Origin: Eledone cirrhosa
Taxonomy: Eukaryota
Length of the DNA: 64,000 nt
NCBI GenBank assembly: GCA_964016885.1
Contig: OZ024744.1
Coordinates: forward strand, 129,022,001 to 129,086,000
Direction of reading: 5' to 3'
Made by a program: the position numbers and the translations under genes. Of the stretch, positions 49,541 through 60,686 are shown in pieces; positions within the stretch are counted from its first letter, which is position 1, and each line of letters begins with the position of its first letter. Below the pieces are notes generated by a model that was not told the DNA's origin, did not search any database, and worked only from the letters and a program-made list of their open reading frames with translations.

Positions 49541-52500
49541 AGTTGGGGTTAAGTTAATTTGTGGTTAAGTTAAGTTGGGGTTAAGTTAAGTTGGGGTTAA
49601 GTTAAGTTGGGGATAAGTTAAGTTGAGGATAAGTTAAGTTGGGGTTAATTAAGTTGGGTTTAAGTTAAGTTGGGGTTAAGTTAAGTTGGGGTTAAGTTAA
49701 GTTGGGGTTAAGTTAAGTTGGTTAGTTAAGTTGAGTTTAAGTTAAGTTGGGGTTAATTTAAGTTGGGGTTAAGTTAAGTTGGGGTTAAGTTAATTTGGGG
49801 TTAAGTTAAGTTGGGGTTCAGTTAAGTTGGGGTTCAGTTAAGTTGGGGTTAAGTTGGGGTAAAATTAAGTTGGGGTTAAGTTAAGTTGCGGTTAAGTTAA
49901 AATGAGGTTAAGTTAAGTTGGGGTTAAGTTAAGTTGGGGTTAAGTTAAGTTGGGGCTAAGTTAAGTTGGGGCTAAGTTAAGTTGGGGCTAAGTTAAGTTG
50001 GGATTAAGTTAACTTTGGGTTAAGTTAAGTTGGGTTTGAGTTAAGTTGGGGTTAATTAAGTTGGGGTTAAGTTAAGTTGGGGTTAAGTTGGGGTTAAGTT
50101 AAGTTGGGGTTAAGTTAAGTTGATGTTAAGTTAAGTTGGGGTTAATTTAAGTTGGGGTTAAGTTAAGTTGGGGCTAAGTTAAGTTGGGGTTAAGTTAATT
50201 AGGGTTAAGTTAAGTTGGGGTTAAGTTAAGTTGGGGTTAAGTTAAGTTGGGGTTAAGTTAATTTGTGGTTAAGTTAAGTTGGGGTTAAGTTAAGTTGGGG
50301 TTAAGTTAAGTTGGGGATAAGTTAAGTTGAGGATAAGTTAAGTTGGGGTTAATTAAGTTGGGTTTAAGTTAAGTTGGGGTTAAGTTAAGTTGGGGTTAAG
50401 TTAAGTTGGGGTTAAGTTAAGTTGGTTAGTTAAGTTGAGTTTAAGTTAAGTTGGGGTTAATTTAAGTTGGGGTTAAGTTAAGTTGGGGTTAAGTTAATTT
50501 GGGGTTAAGTTAAGTTGGGGTTCAGTTAAGTTGGGGTTAAGTTAAGTTGGGGTTAAGTTGGGGTAAAATTAAGTTGGGGTTAAGTTAAGTTGCGGTTAAG
50601 TTAAAATGAGGTTAAGTTAAGTTGGGGTTAAGTTAAGTTGGGGTTAAGTTAAGTTGGGGCTAAGTTAAGTTGGGGCTAAGTTAAGTTGGGGCTAAGTTAA
50701 GTTGGGGTTAAGTTAACTTTGGGTTAAGTTAAGTTGGGTTTGAGTTAAGTTGGGGTTAATTAAGTTGGGGTTAAGTTAAGTTGGGGTTAAGTTAAGTTGG
50801 GGTTAAGTTAAGTTGGGGTTAAGTTAAGTTGATGTTAAGTTAAGTTGGGGTTAATTTAAGTTGGGGTTAAGTTAAGTTGGGGCTAAGTTAAGTTGGAGCT
50901 AAGTTAAATTGGGGCTAAGTTAAGTTGGGGTTAAGTTAAGTTGGGGTTAAGTTAAGGTGGGGTTAAGTTAAGTTGGGGTCAACTTAAGTTGGGGTTAAGT
51001 TAAGTTGGGGTTAACTTAAGTTGGGGTTAAGTTAAGTTGGGGTTAAGTTAAGTTGGGGTTAAGTTAAGTTGGGGTTACGTTAAGTTGGGGGTAAGTTAAG
51101 TTGGTGGTAAGTTAAGTTGGGGGTAAGTTAAGATGGGGTTAAGTTAGGGTTAAGTTAAGTTAGGGTTAAGTTAATTTAGTGTTGAGTTAAGTTGGGGTTA
51201 AGTTAAGTGGTGGTTATGTTAAGTTGGGGTTAAGTTAAATTGGGGTTAATTTAAATTGGGGTTAATTTAAATTTGTTGTTAAGTTAAGTTGGGGTTAATT
51301 TAAGTTGGGGTTAAGTTAAGTTGGGGTTGAGTTAAGTTGGGGTTGAGTGAAGTTGGGGTTAAGTTAAGTTGGGGTTGAGTTAAGTTGGGGTTAATTTAAG
51401 TTGGGGCTAAGTTCATTTGGGGTTCAGTTAAGTTGGGGTTAAATTAAGTTGGGGTTAAGTTAAGTTGGGGTTAAATTAAGTTGGGGTTAAGTTAAGTTGG
51501 GGTTAAGTTAAGTTGGGGTTAAGTTAATTTGGGGTTAAGTGAAGTTAGGGTTAAGTTAAGTTGGGGTTGAGTTAAGTTGGGGGTAAGTTAAGTTGGGGTT
51601 ATGTTAAGTTGGGGTTACGTTAAGTTGGGTTTAAGTTAAGTTGGGGTTAAGTTAAGTTGGGGTTAAGTTAAGTTGGGGTTAATTTAAGTTGGGGTTAAGT
51701 TAAGTTGGGATTAATTTAAGTTGGGGTTAAGTTAAGTTGGGGTTAAGTTAAGTTGGGGTTAAATTAAGTTGGGGTTAAGTTAAGTTGGGGTTAAGTTAAG
51801 TTGGGGTTAAGTTAATTTGGGGTTAAGTTAAGTTAGGGTAAAGTTAAGTTGGGGTTGAGTTAAGTTGGGGTAAGTTAAGTTGGGGTTAAGTTAAGTTGGG
51901 GTTAAGTTAAGTTGGGGTTAAGTTAAGTTAGGCTTAACTTAAGTTGGGGTTAAGTTAAGTTGGGGGTGAGTTAAGTTGGGGGTAAGTTAAGTTGGGGTTA
52001 AGTTAAGTTGGGGTTAAGTTGGGGTTAAGTTAAATTAGGGTTAAGTTAATTTGGGGTTGAGTTAAGTTGGGGTTAAGTTAAGTGGTGGTTATGTTAAGTT
52101 GGGGTTAAGTTAAGTTGGGGTTAAGTTAAGTTGGGGTTCAGTTAAGTTGCGGTTAAGTTAAGTTGGGGTTAAGTTAAGTTGGGGTTAAGTTAAGTTGGGG
52201 TTAATTTAAGTTGGGGTTAAGTTAAGTTGGGGTTAAGTTAATTTGTGGTTAAGTTAAGTTGGGGTTAAGTTAAGTTGGGGTTAAATTCAGTCGGGGTTAA
52301 GTTAAGTCGGGGTTAAGTTACGTTGGGGTTAAGTTAAGTTGGGGTTGAGTTAAGTTGGGGTTGAGTTAAGTTGGGGTTAATTTAAGTTGGGGTTAAGTTA
52401 AGTTGGGGTTAAGTTAAGTTGGGGTTAAGTTAAGTTGGGGTTAATTTAAGTTGGGGTTAAGTTAAGTTGGGGTTAATTTAAGTTGGTGTTAATTTAAGTT

Positions 52501-55500
52501 GGGGTTAAGTTAAGTTGGGGTTAAGTTAAGTTGGGGTAACGTTAAGTTGGGGGTAAGTTAAGTTGGGGTTAAGTTAAGTTGGGGTTAAGTTGGGGTTAAG
52601 TTAAGTTAGGGTTAACTTAAGTTGGGGTTGTGTTAAGTGGTGGTTATGTTAAGTGGTGGTTATGTTAAGTTGGGGTTAAGTTAAGTTGGGGTTAAGTTAA
52701 GTTGGGGTTAAGTTAAGTTGGGGTTAAGTTAATTAGGGTTAAGTTAAGTTGGGTTTAAGTTAAGTTGGGGTTAAGTTAATTTGTGGTTAAGTTAAGTTGG
52801 GGTTAAGTTAAGTTGGGGTTAAGTTAAGTTGGGGATAAGTTAAGTTGGGGATAAGTTAAGTTGGGGTTAATTAAGTTGGGTTTAAGTTAAGTTGGGGTTA
52901 AGTTAAGTCGGGGTTAAGTTAAGTTGGGGTTAAGTTAAGTTGGGGGTAAGATAAGTTGGGGTTAGTTAAGTTGCGGTTAAGTTAAGTTGGGGTTAAGTTA
53001 AGTTGGGGTTAAGTTAAGTTGGGGTTAAGTTAAGTTGGGGTTAATTTAAGTTGGGGTTAATTTAAGTTGGGGTAAAGTTAAGTTGGGGGTAAGTTAAGTT
53101 GGGGTTAAGTTAAGTTGGGGTTAAGTTGGGGTTAAGTTAAGTTAGGGTTAACTTAAGTTGGGGTTGTGTTAAGTGGTGGTTATGTTAAGTGGTGGTTATG
53201 TTAAGTTGGGGTTAAGTTAAGTTGGGGTTAAGTTAAATTGGGGTTAAGTTAAGTTGCGGTTAAGTTAAGTTGGGGTTAAGTTAAGTTGGGGTTAAGTTAA
53301 TTAGGGTTAAGTTAAGTTGGGGTTAAGTTAAGTTGGGGTTAAGTTAAGTTGGGGTTAAGTTAATTTGTGGTTAAGTTAAGTTGGGGTTAAGTTAAGTTGG
53401 GGTTAAGTTAAGTTGGGGATAAGTTAAGTTGAGGATAAGTTAAGTTGGGGTTAATTAAGTTGGGTTTAAGTTAAGTTGGGGTTAAGTTAAGTTGGGGTTA
53501 AGTTAAGTTGGGGTTAAGTTAAGTTGGTTAGTTAAGTTGAGTTTAAGTTAAGTTGGGGTTAATTTAAGTTGGGGTTAAGTTAAGTTGGGGTTAAGTTAAT
53601 TTGGGGTTAAGTTAAGTTGGGGTTCAGTTAAGTTGGGGTTCAGTTAAGTTGGGGTTAAGTTGGGGTAAAATTAAGTTGGGGTTAAGTTAAGTTGCGGTTA
53701 AGTTAAAATGAGGTTAAGTTAAGTTGGGGCTAAGTTAAGTTGGAGCTAAGTTAAGTTGGGGCTAAGTTAAGTTGGGGTTAAGTTAAGTTGGGGTTAAGTT
53801 AAGGTGGGGTTAAGTTAAGTTGGGGTCAACTTAAGTTGGGGTTAAGTTAAGTTGGGGTTAACTTAAGTTGGGGTTAAGTTAAGTTGGGGTTAAGTTAAGT
53901 TGGGGTTAAGTTAAGTTGGGGTTACGTTAAGTTGGGGGTAAGTTAAGTTGGTGGTAAGTTAAGTTGGGGGTAAGTTAAGATGGGGTTAAGTTAGGGTTAA
54001 GTTAAGTTAGGGTTAAGTTAATTTGGGGTTGAGTTAAGTTGGGGTTAAGTTAAGTGGTGGTTATGTTAAGTTGGGGTTAAGTTAAGTTGGGGTTAATTTA
54101 AATTGGGGTTAATTTAAATTTGTTGTTAAGTTAAGTTGGGGTTAATTTAAGTTGGGGTTAAGTTAAGTTGGGGTTGAGTTAAGTTGGGGTTGAGTGAAGT
54201 TGGGGTTAAGTTAAGTTGGGGTTAAGTTAAGTTGGGGTTGAGTTAAGTTGGGGTTAATTTAAGTTGGGGCTAAGTTCATTTGGGGTTCAGTTAAGTTGGG
54301 GTTAAATTAAGTTGGGGTTAATTTAAGTTGGGGTTAAATTAAGTTGGGGTTAAGTTAAGTTGGGGTTAAGTTAAGTTGGGGTTAAGTTAATTTGGGGTTA
54401 AGTGAAGTTAGGGTTAAGTTAAGTTGGGGTTGAGTTAAGTTGGGGGTAAGTTAAGTTGGGGTTATGTTAAGTTGGGGTTACGTTAAGTTGGGTTTAAGTT
54501 AAGTTGGGGTTAAGTTAAGTTGGGGTTACGTTAAGTTGGGGTTAATTTAAGTTGGGGTTAAGTTAAGTTGGGATTAATTTAAGTTGGGGTTAAGTTAAGT
54601 TGGGGTTAAGTTAAGTTGGGGTTAAGTTAATTTGGGGTTAAGTTAAGTTAGGGTAAAGTTAAGTTGGGGTTGAGTTAAGTTGGGGTAAGTTAAGTTGGGG
54701 TTAAGTTAAGTTGGGGTTAAGTTAAGTTGGGGTTAAGTTAAGTTAGGCTTAACTTAAGTTGGGGTTAAGTTAAGTTGGGGGTGAGTTAAGTTGGGGGTAA
54801 GTTAAGTTGGGGTTAAGTTAAGTTGGGGTTAAGTTGGGGTTAAGTTAAGTTAGGGTTAAGTTAATTTGGGGTTGAGTTAAGTTGGGGTTAAGTTAAGTGG
54901 TGGTTATGTTAAGTTGGGGTTAAGTTAAGTTGGGGTTAATTTAAATTGGGGTTAATTTAAATTTGTTGTTAAGTTAAGTTGGGGTTAATTTAAGTTGGGG
55001 TTAAGTTAAGTTGGGGTTGAGTTAAGTTGTGGTTGAGTGAAGTTGGGGTTAAGTTAAGTTGGGGTTAAATTAAGTTGGGGTTAAGTTAAGTTGGGGTTGA
55101 GTTAAGTTGGGGTTAATTTAAGTTGGGGCTAAGTTAATTTGGGGTTAAGTTAAGTTGGGGTTAAATTAAGTTGGGGTTAAGTTAAGTTGGGGTTAAGTTA
55201 AGTTGGGGTTAAGTTAATTTGGGGTTAAGTGAAGTTAGGGTTAAGTTAAGTTGGGGCTGAGTTAAGTTGGGGTTATGTTAAGTTGGGGTTAAGTTAAGTT
55301 GGGGTTAAGTTAAGTTGGGGTTCAGTTAAGTTGCGGTTAAGTTAAGTTGGGGTTAAGTTAAGTTGGGGTTAAGTTAAGTTGGGGTTAATTTAAGTTGGGG
55401 TTAAGTTAAGTTGGGGTTAAGTTAATTTGTGGTTAAGTTAAGTTGGGGTTAAGTTAAGTTGGGGTTAAATTCAGTCGGGGTTAAGTTAAGTCGGGGTTAA

Positions 55501-58500
55501 GTTACGTTGGGGTTAAGTTAAGTTGGGGTTAAGTTAAGTTGGGGTTGAGTTAAGTTGGGGTTAAGTTAAGTTGGGGTTAAGTTAAATGGGGTTAATTTAA
55601 GTTGGGGTTAAGTTAAGTTGGGGTTAATTTAAGTTGGGGTTAAGTTAAGTTGGGGTTAATTTAAGTTGGGGTTAATTTAAGTTGGGGTTAAGTTAAGTTG
55701 GGGTTAAGTTAAGTTGGGGTAACGTTAAGTTGGGGGTAAGTTAAGTTGGGGTTAAGTTAAGTTGGGGTTAAGTTGGGGTTAAGTTAAGTTAGGGTTAACT
55801 TAAGTTGGGGTTGTGTTAAGTGGTGGTTATGTTAAGTGGTGGTTATGTTAAGTTGGGGTTAAGTTAAGTTGGGGTTAAGTTAAGTTGGGGTTAAGTTAAG
55901 TTGGGGTTAAGTTAATTAGGGTTAAGTTAAGTTGGGTTTAAGTTAAGTTGGGGTTAAGTTAATTTGTGGTTAAGTTAAGTTGGGGATAAGTTAAGTTGGG
56001 GGTAAGTTAAGTTGGGGTTAATTAAGTTGGGTTTAAGTTAAGTTGGGGTTAAGTTAAGTCGGGGTTAAGTTAAGTTGGGGTTAAGTTAAGTTGGGGGTAA
56101 GATAAGTTGGGGTTAGTTAAGTTGCGGTTAAGTTAAGTTGGGGTTAAGTTAAGTTGGGGTTAAGTTAAGTTGGGGTTAAGTTAAGTTGGGGTTAATTTAA
56201 GTTGGGGTTAATTTAAGTTGGGGTAAAGTTAAGTTGGGGGTAAGTTAAGTTGGGGTTAAGTTAAGTTGGGGTTAAGTTGGGGTTAAGTTAAGTTAGGGTT
56301 AACTTAAGTTGGGGTTGTGTTAAGTGGTGGTTATGTTAAGTGGTGGTTATGTTAAGTTGGGGTTAAGTTAAGTTGGGGTTAAGTTAAATTGGGGTTAAGT
56401 TAAGTTGCGGTTAAGTTAAGTTGGGGTTAAGTTAAGTTGGGGTTAAGTTAATTAGGGTTAAGTTAAGTTGGGGTTAAGTTAAGTTGGGGTTAAGTTAAGT
56501 TGGGGTTAAGTTAATTTGTGGTTAAGTTAAGTTGGGGTTAAGTTAAGTTGGGGTTAAGTTAAGTTGGGGATAAGTTAAGTTGAGGATAAGTTAAGTTGGG
56601 GTTAATTAAGTTGGGTTTAAGTTAAGTTGGGGTTAAGTTAAGTTGGGGTTAAGTTAAGTTGGGGTTAAGTTAAGTTGGTTAGTTAAGTTGAGTTTAAGTT
56701 AAGTTGGGGTTAATTTAAGTTGGGGTTAAGTTAAGTTGGGGTTAAGTTAATTTGGGGTTAAGTTAAGTTGGGGTTCAGTTAAGTTGGGGTTCAGTTAAGT
56801 TGGGGTTAAGTTGGGGTAAAATTAAGTTGGGGTTAAGTTAAGTTGCGGTTAAGTTAAAATGAGGTTAAGTTAAGTTGGGGTTAAGTTAAGTTGGGGTTAA
56901 GTTAAGTTGGGGCTAAGTTAAGTTGGGGCTAAGTTAAGTTGGGGCTAAGTTAAGTTGGGATTAAGTTAACTTTGGGTTAAGTTAAGTTGGGTTTGAGTTA
57001 AGTTGGGGTTAATTAAGTTGGGGTTAAGTTAAGTTGGGGTTAAGTTGGGGTTAAGTTAAGTTGGGGTTAAGTTAAGTTGATGTTAAGTTAAGTTGGGGTT
57101 AATTTAAGTTGGGGTTAAGTTAAGTTGGGGCTAAGTTAAGTTGGGGTTAAGTTAATTAGGGTTAAGTTAAGTTGGGGTTAAGTTAAGTTGGGGTTAAGTT
57201 AAGTTGGGGTTAAGTTAATTTGTGGTTAAGTTAAGTTGGGGTTAAGTTAAGTTGGGGTTAAGTTAAGTTGGGGATAAGTTAAGTTGAGGATAAGTTAAGT
57301 TGGGGTTAATTAAGTTGGGTTTAAGTTAAGTTGGGGTTAAGTTAAGTTGGGGTTAAGTTAAGTTGGGGTTAAGTTAAGTTGGTTAGTTAAGTTGAGTTTA
57401 AGTTAAGTTGGGGTTAATTTAAGTTGGGGTTAAGTTAAGTTGGGGTTAAGTTAATTTGGGGTTAAGTTAAGTTGGGGTTCAGTTAAGTTGGGGTTAAGTT
57501 AAGTTGGGGTTAAGTTGGGGTAAAATTAAGTTGGGGTTAAGTTAAGTTGCGGTTAAGTTAAAATGAGGTTAAGTTAAGTTGGGGTTAAGTTAAGTTGGGG
57601 TTAAGTTAAGTTGGGGCTAAGTTAAGTTGGGGCTAAGTTAAGTTGGGGCTAAGTTAAGTTGGGGTTAAGTTAACTTTGGGTTAAGTTAAGTTGGGTTTGA
57701 GTTAAGTTGGGGTTAATTAAGTTGGGGTTAAGTTAAGTTGGGGTTAAGTTAAGTTGGGGTTAAGTTAAGTTGGGGTTAAGTTAAGTTGATGTTAAGTTAA
57801 GTTGGGGTTAATTTAAGTTGGGGTTAAGTTAAGTTGGGGCTAAGTTAAGTTGGAGCTAAGTTAAATTGGGGCTAAGTTAAGTTGGGGTTAAGTTAAGTTG
57901 GGGTTAAGTTAAGGTGGGGTTAAGTTAAGTTGGGGTCAACTTAAGTTGGGGTTAAGTTAAGTTGGGGTTAACTTAAGTTGGGGTTAAGTTAAGTTGGGGT
58001 TAAGTTAAGTTGGGGTTAAGTTAAGTTGGGGTTACGTTAAGTTGGGGGTAAGTTAAGTTGGTGGTAAGTTAAGTTGGGGGTAAGTTAAGATGGGGTTAAG
58101 TTAGGGTTAAGTTAAGTTAGGGTTAAGTTAATTTAGTGTTGAGTTAAGTTGGGGTTAAGTTAAGTGGTGGTTATGTTAAGTTGGGGTTAAGTTAAATTGG
58201 GGTTAATTTAAATTGGGGTTAATTTAAATTTGTTGTTAAGTTAAGTTGGGGTTAATTTAAGTTGGGGTTAAGTTAAGTTGGGGTTGAGTTAAGTTGGGGT
58301 TGAGTGAAGTTGGGGTTAAGTTAAGTTGGGGTTGAGTTAAGTTGGGGTTAATTTAAGTTGGGGCTAAGTTCATTTGGGGTTCAGTTAAGTTGGGGTTAAA
58401 TTAAGTTGGGGTTAAGTTAAGTTGGGGTTAAATTAAGTTGGGGTTAAGTTAAGTTGGGGTTAAGTTAAGTTGGGGTTAAGTTAATTTGGGGTTAAGTGAA

Positions 58501-60686
58501 GTTAGGGTTAAGTTAAGTTGGGGTTGAGTTAAGTTGGGGGTAAGTTAAGTTGGGGTTATGTTAAGTTGGGGTTACGTTAAGTTGGGTTTAAGTTAAGTTG
58601 GGGTTAAGTTAAGTTGGGGTTAAGTTAAGTTGGGGTTAATTTAAGTTGGGGTTAAGTTAAGTTGGGATTAATTTAAGTTGGGGTTAAGTTAAGTTGGGGT
58701 TAAGTTAAGTTGGGGTTAAATTAAGTTGGGGTTAAGTTAAGTTGGGGTTAAGTTAAGTTGGGGTTAAGTTAATTTGGGGTTAAGTTAAGTTAGGGTAAAG
58801 TTAAGTTGGGGTTGAGTTAAGTTGGGGTAAGTTAAGTTGGGGTTAAGTTAAGTTGGGGTTAAGTTAAGTTGGGGTTAAGTTAAGTTAGGCTTAACTTAAG
58901 TTGGGGTTAAGTTAAGTTGGGGGTGAGTTAAGTTGGGGGTAAGTTAAGTTGGGGTTAAGTTAAGTTGGGGTTAAGTTGGGGTTAAGTTAAATTAGGGTTA
59001 AGTTAATTTGGGGTTGAGTTAAGTTGGGGTTAAGTTAAGTGGTGGTTATGTTAAGTTGGGGTTAAGTTAAGTTGGGGTTAAGTTAAGTTGGGGTTCAGTT
59101 AAGTTGCGGTTAAGTTAAGTTGGGGTTAAGTTAAGTTGGGGTTAAGTTAAGTTGGGGTTAATTTAAGTTGGGGTTAAGTTAAGTTGGGGTTAAGTTAATT
59201 TGTGGTTAAGTTAAGTTGGGGTTAAGTTAAGTTGGGGTTAAATTCAGTCGGGGTTAAGTTAAGTCGGGGTTAAGTTACGTTGGGGTTAAGTTAAGTTGGG
59301 GTTGAGTTAAGTTGGGGTTGAGTTAAGTTGGGGTTAATTTAAGTTGGGGTTAAGTTAAGTTGGGGTTAAGTTAAGTTGGGGTTAAGTTAAGTTGGGGTTA
59401 ATTTAAGTTGGGGTTAAGTTAAGTTGGGGTTAATTTAAGTTGGTGTTAATTTAAGTTGGGGTTAAGTTAAGTTGGGGTTAAGTTAAGTTGGGGTAACGTT
59501 AAGTTGGGGGTAAGTTAAGTTGGGGTTAAGTTAAGTTGGGGTTAAGTTGGGGTTAAGTTAAGTTAGGGTTAACTTAAGTTGGGGTTGTGTTAAGTGGTGG
59601 TTATGTTAAGTGGTGGTTATGTTAAGTTGGGGTTAAGTTAAGTTGGGGTTAAGTTAAGTTGGGGTTAAGTTAAGTTGGGGTTAAGTTAATTAGGGTTAAG
59701 TTAAGTTGGGTTTAAGTTAAGTTGGGGTTAAGTTAATTTGTGGTTAAGTTAAGTTGGGGTTAAGTTAAGTTGGGGTTAAGTTAAGTTGGGGATAAGTTAA
59801 GTTGGGGATAAGTTAAGTTGGGGTTAATTAAGTTGGGTTTAAGTTAAGTTGGGGTTAAGTTAAGTCGGGGTTAAGTTAAGTTGGGGTTAAGTTAAGTTGG
59901 GGGTAAGATAAGTTGGGGTTAGTTAAGTTGCGGTTAAGTTAAGTTGGGGTTAAGTTAAGTTGGGGTTAAGTTAAGTTGGGGTTAAGTTAAGTTGGGGTTA
60001 ATTTAAGTTGGGGTTAATTTAAGTTGGGGTAAAGTTAAGTTGGGGGTAAGTTAAGTTGGGGTTAAGTTAAGTTGGGGTTAAGTTGGGGTTAAGTTAAGTT
60101 AGGGTTAACTTAAGTTGGGGTTGTGTTAAGTGGTGGTTATGTTAAGTGGTGGTTATGTTAAGTTGGGGTTAAGTTAAGTTGGGGTTAAGTTAAATTGGGG
60201 TTAAGTTAAGTTGCGGTTAAGTTAAGTTGGGGTTAAGTTAAGTTGGGGTTAAGTTAATTAGGGTTAAGTTAAGTTGGGGTTAAGTTAAGTTGGGGTTAAG
60301 TTAAGTTGGGGTTAAGTTAATTTGTGGTTAAGTTAAGTTGGGGTTAAGTTAAGTTGGGGTTAAGTTAAGTTGGGGATAAGTTAAGTTGAGGATAAGTTAA
60401 GTTGGGGTTAATTAAGTTGGGTTTAAGTTAAGTTGGGGTTAAGTTAAGTTGGGGTTAAGTTAAGTTGGGGTTAAGTTAAGTTGGTTAGTTAAGTTGAGTT
60501 TAAGTTAAGTTGGGGTTAATTTAAGTTGGGGTTAAGTTAAGTTGGGGTTAAGTTAATTTGGGGTTAAGTTAAGTTGGGGTTCAGTTAAGTTGGGGTTCAG
60601 TTAAGTTGGGGTTAAGTTGGGGTAAAATTAAGTTGGGGTTAAGTTAAGTTGCGGTTAAGTTAAAATGAGGTTAAGTTAAGTTGGGG
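46757..60686 (+). repeat. 6,957-bp near-identical tandem duplication, junction at ~53714-53729
   Basis: Constant offset 6957 for GGAGCT 46785/53742, AAATGGGG 48627/55584, ATTTAGTG 51174/58131, TGGTGTT 52484/59441 and AAAATGAGG 49899/56856, 50603/57560, 53705/60662. Confidence 0.93.
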
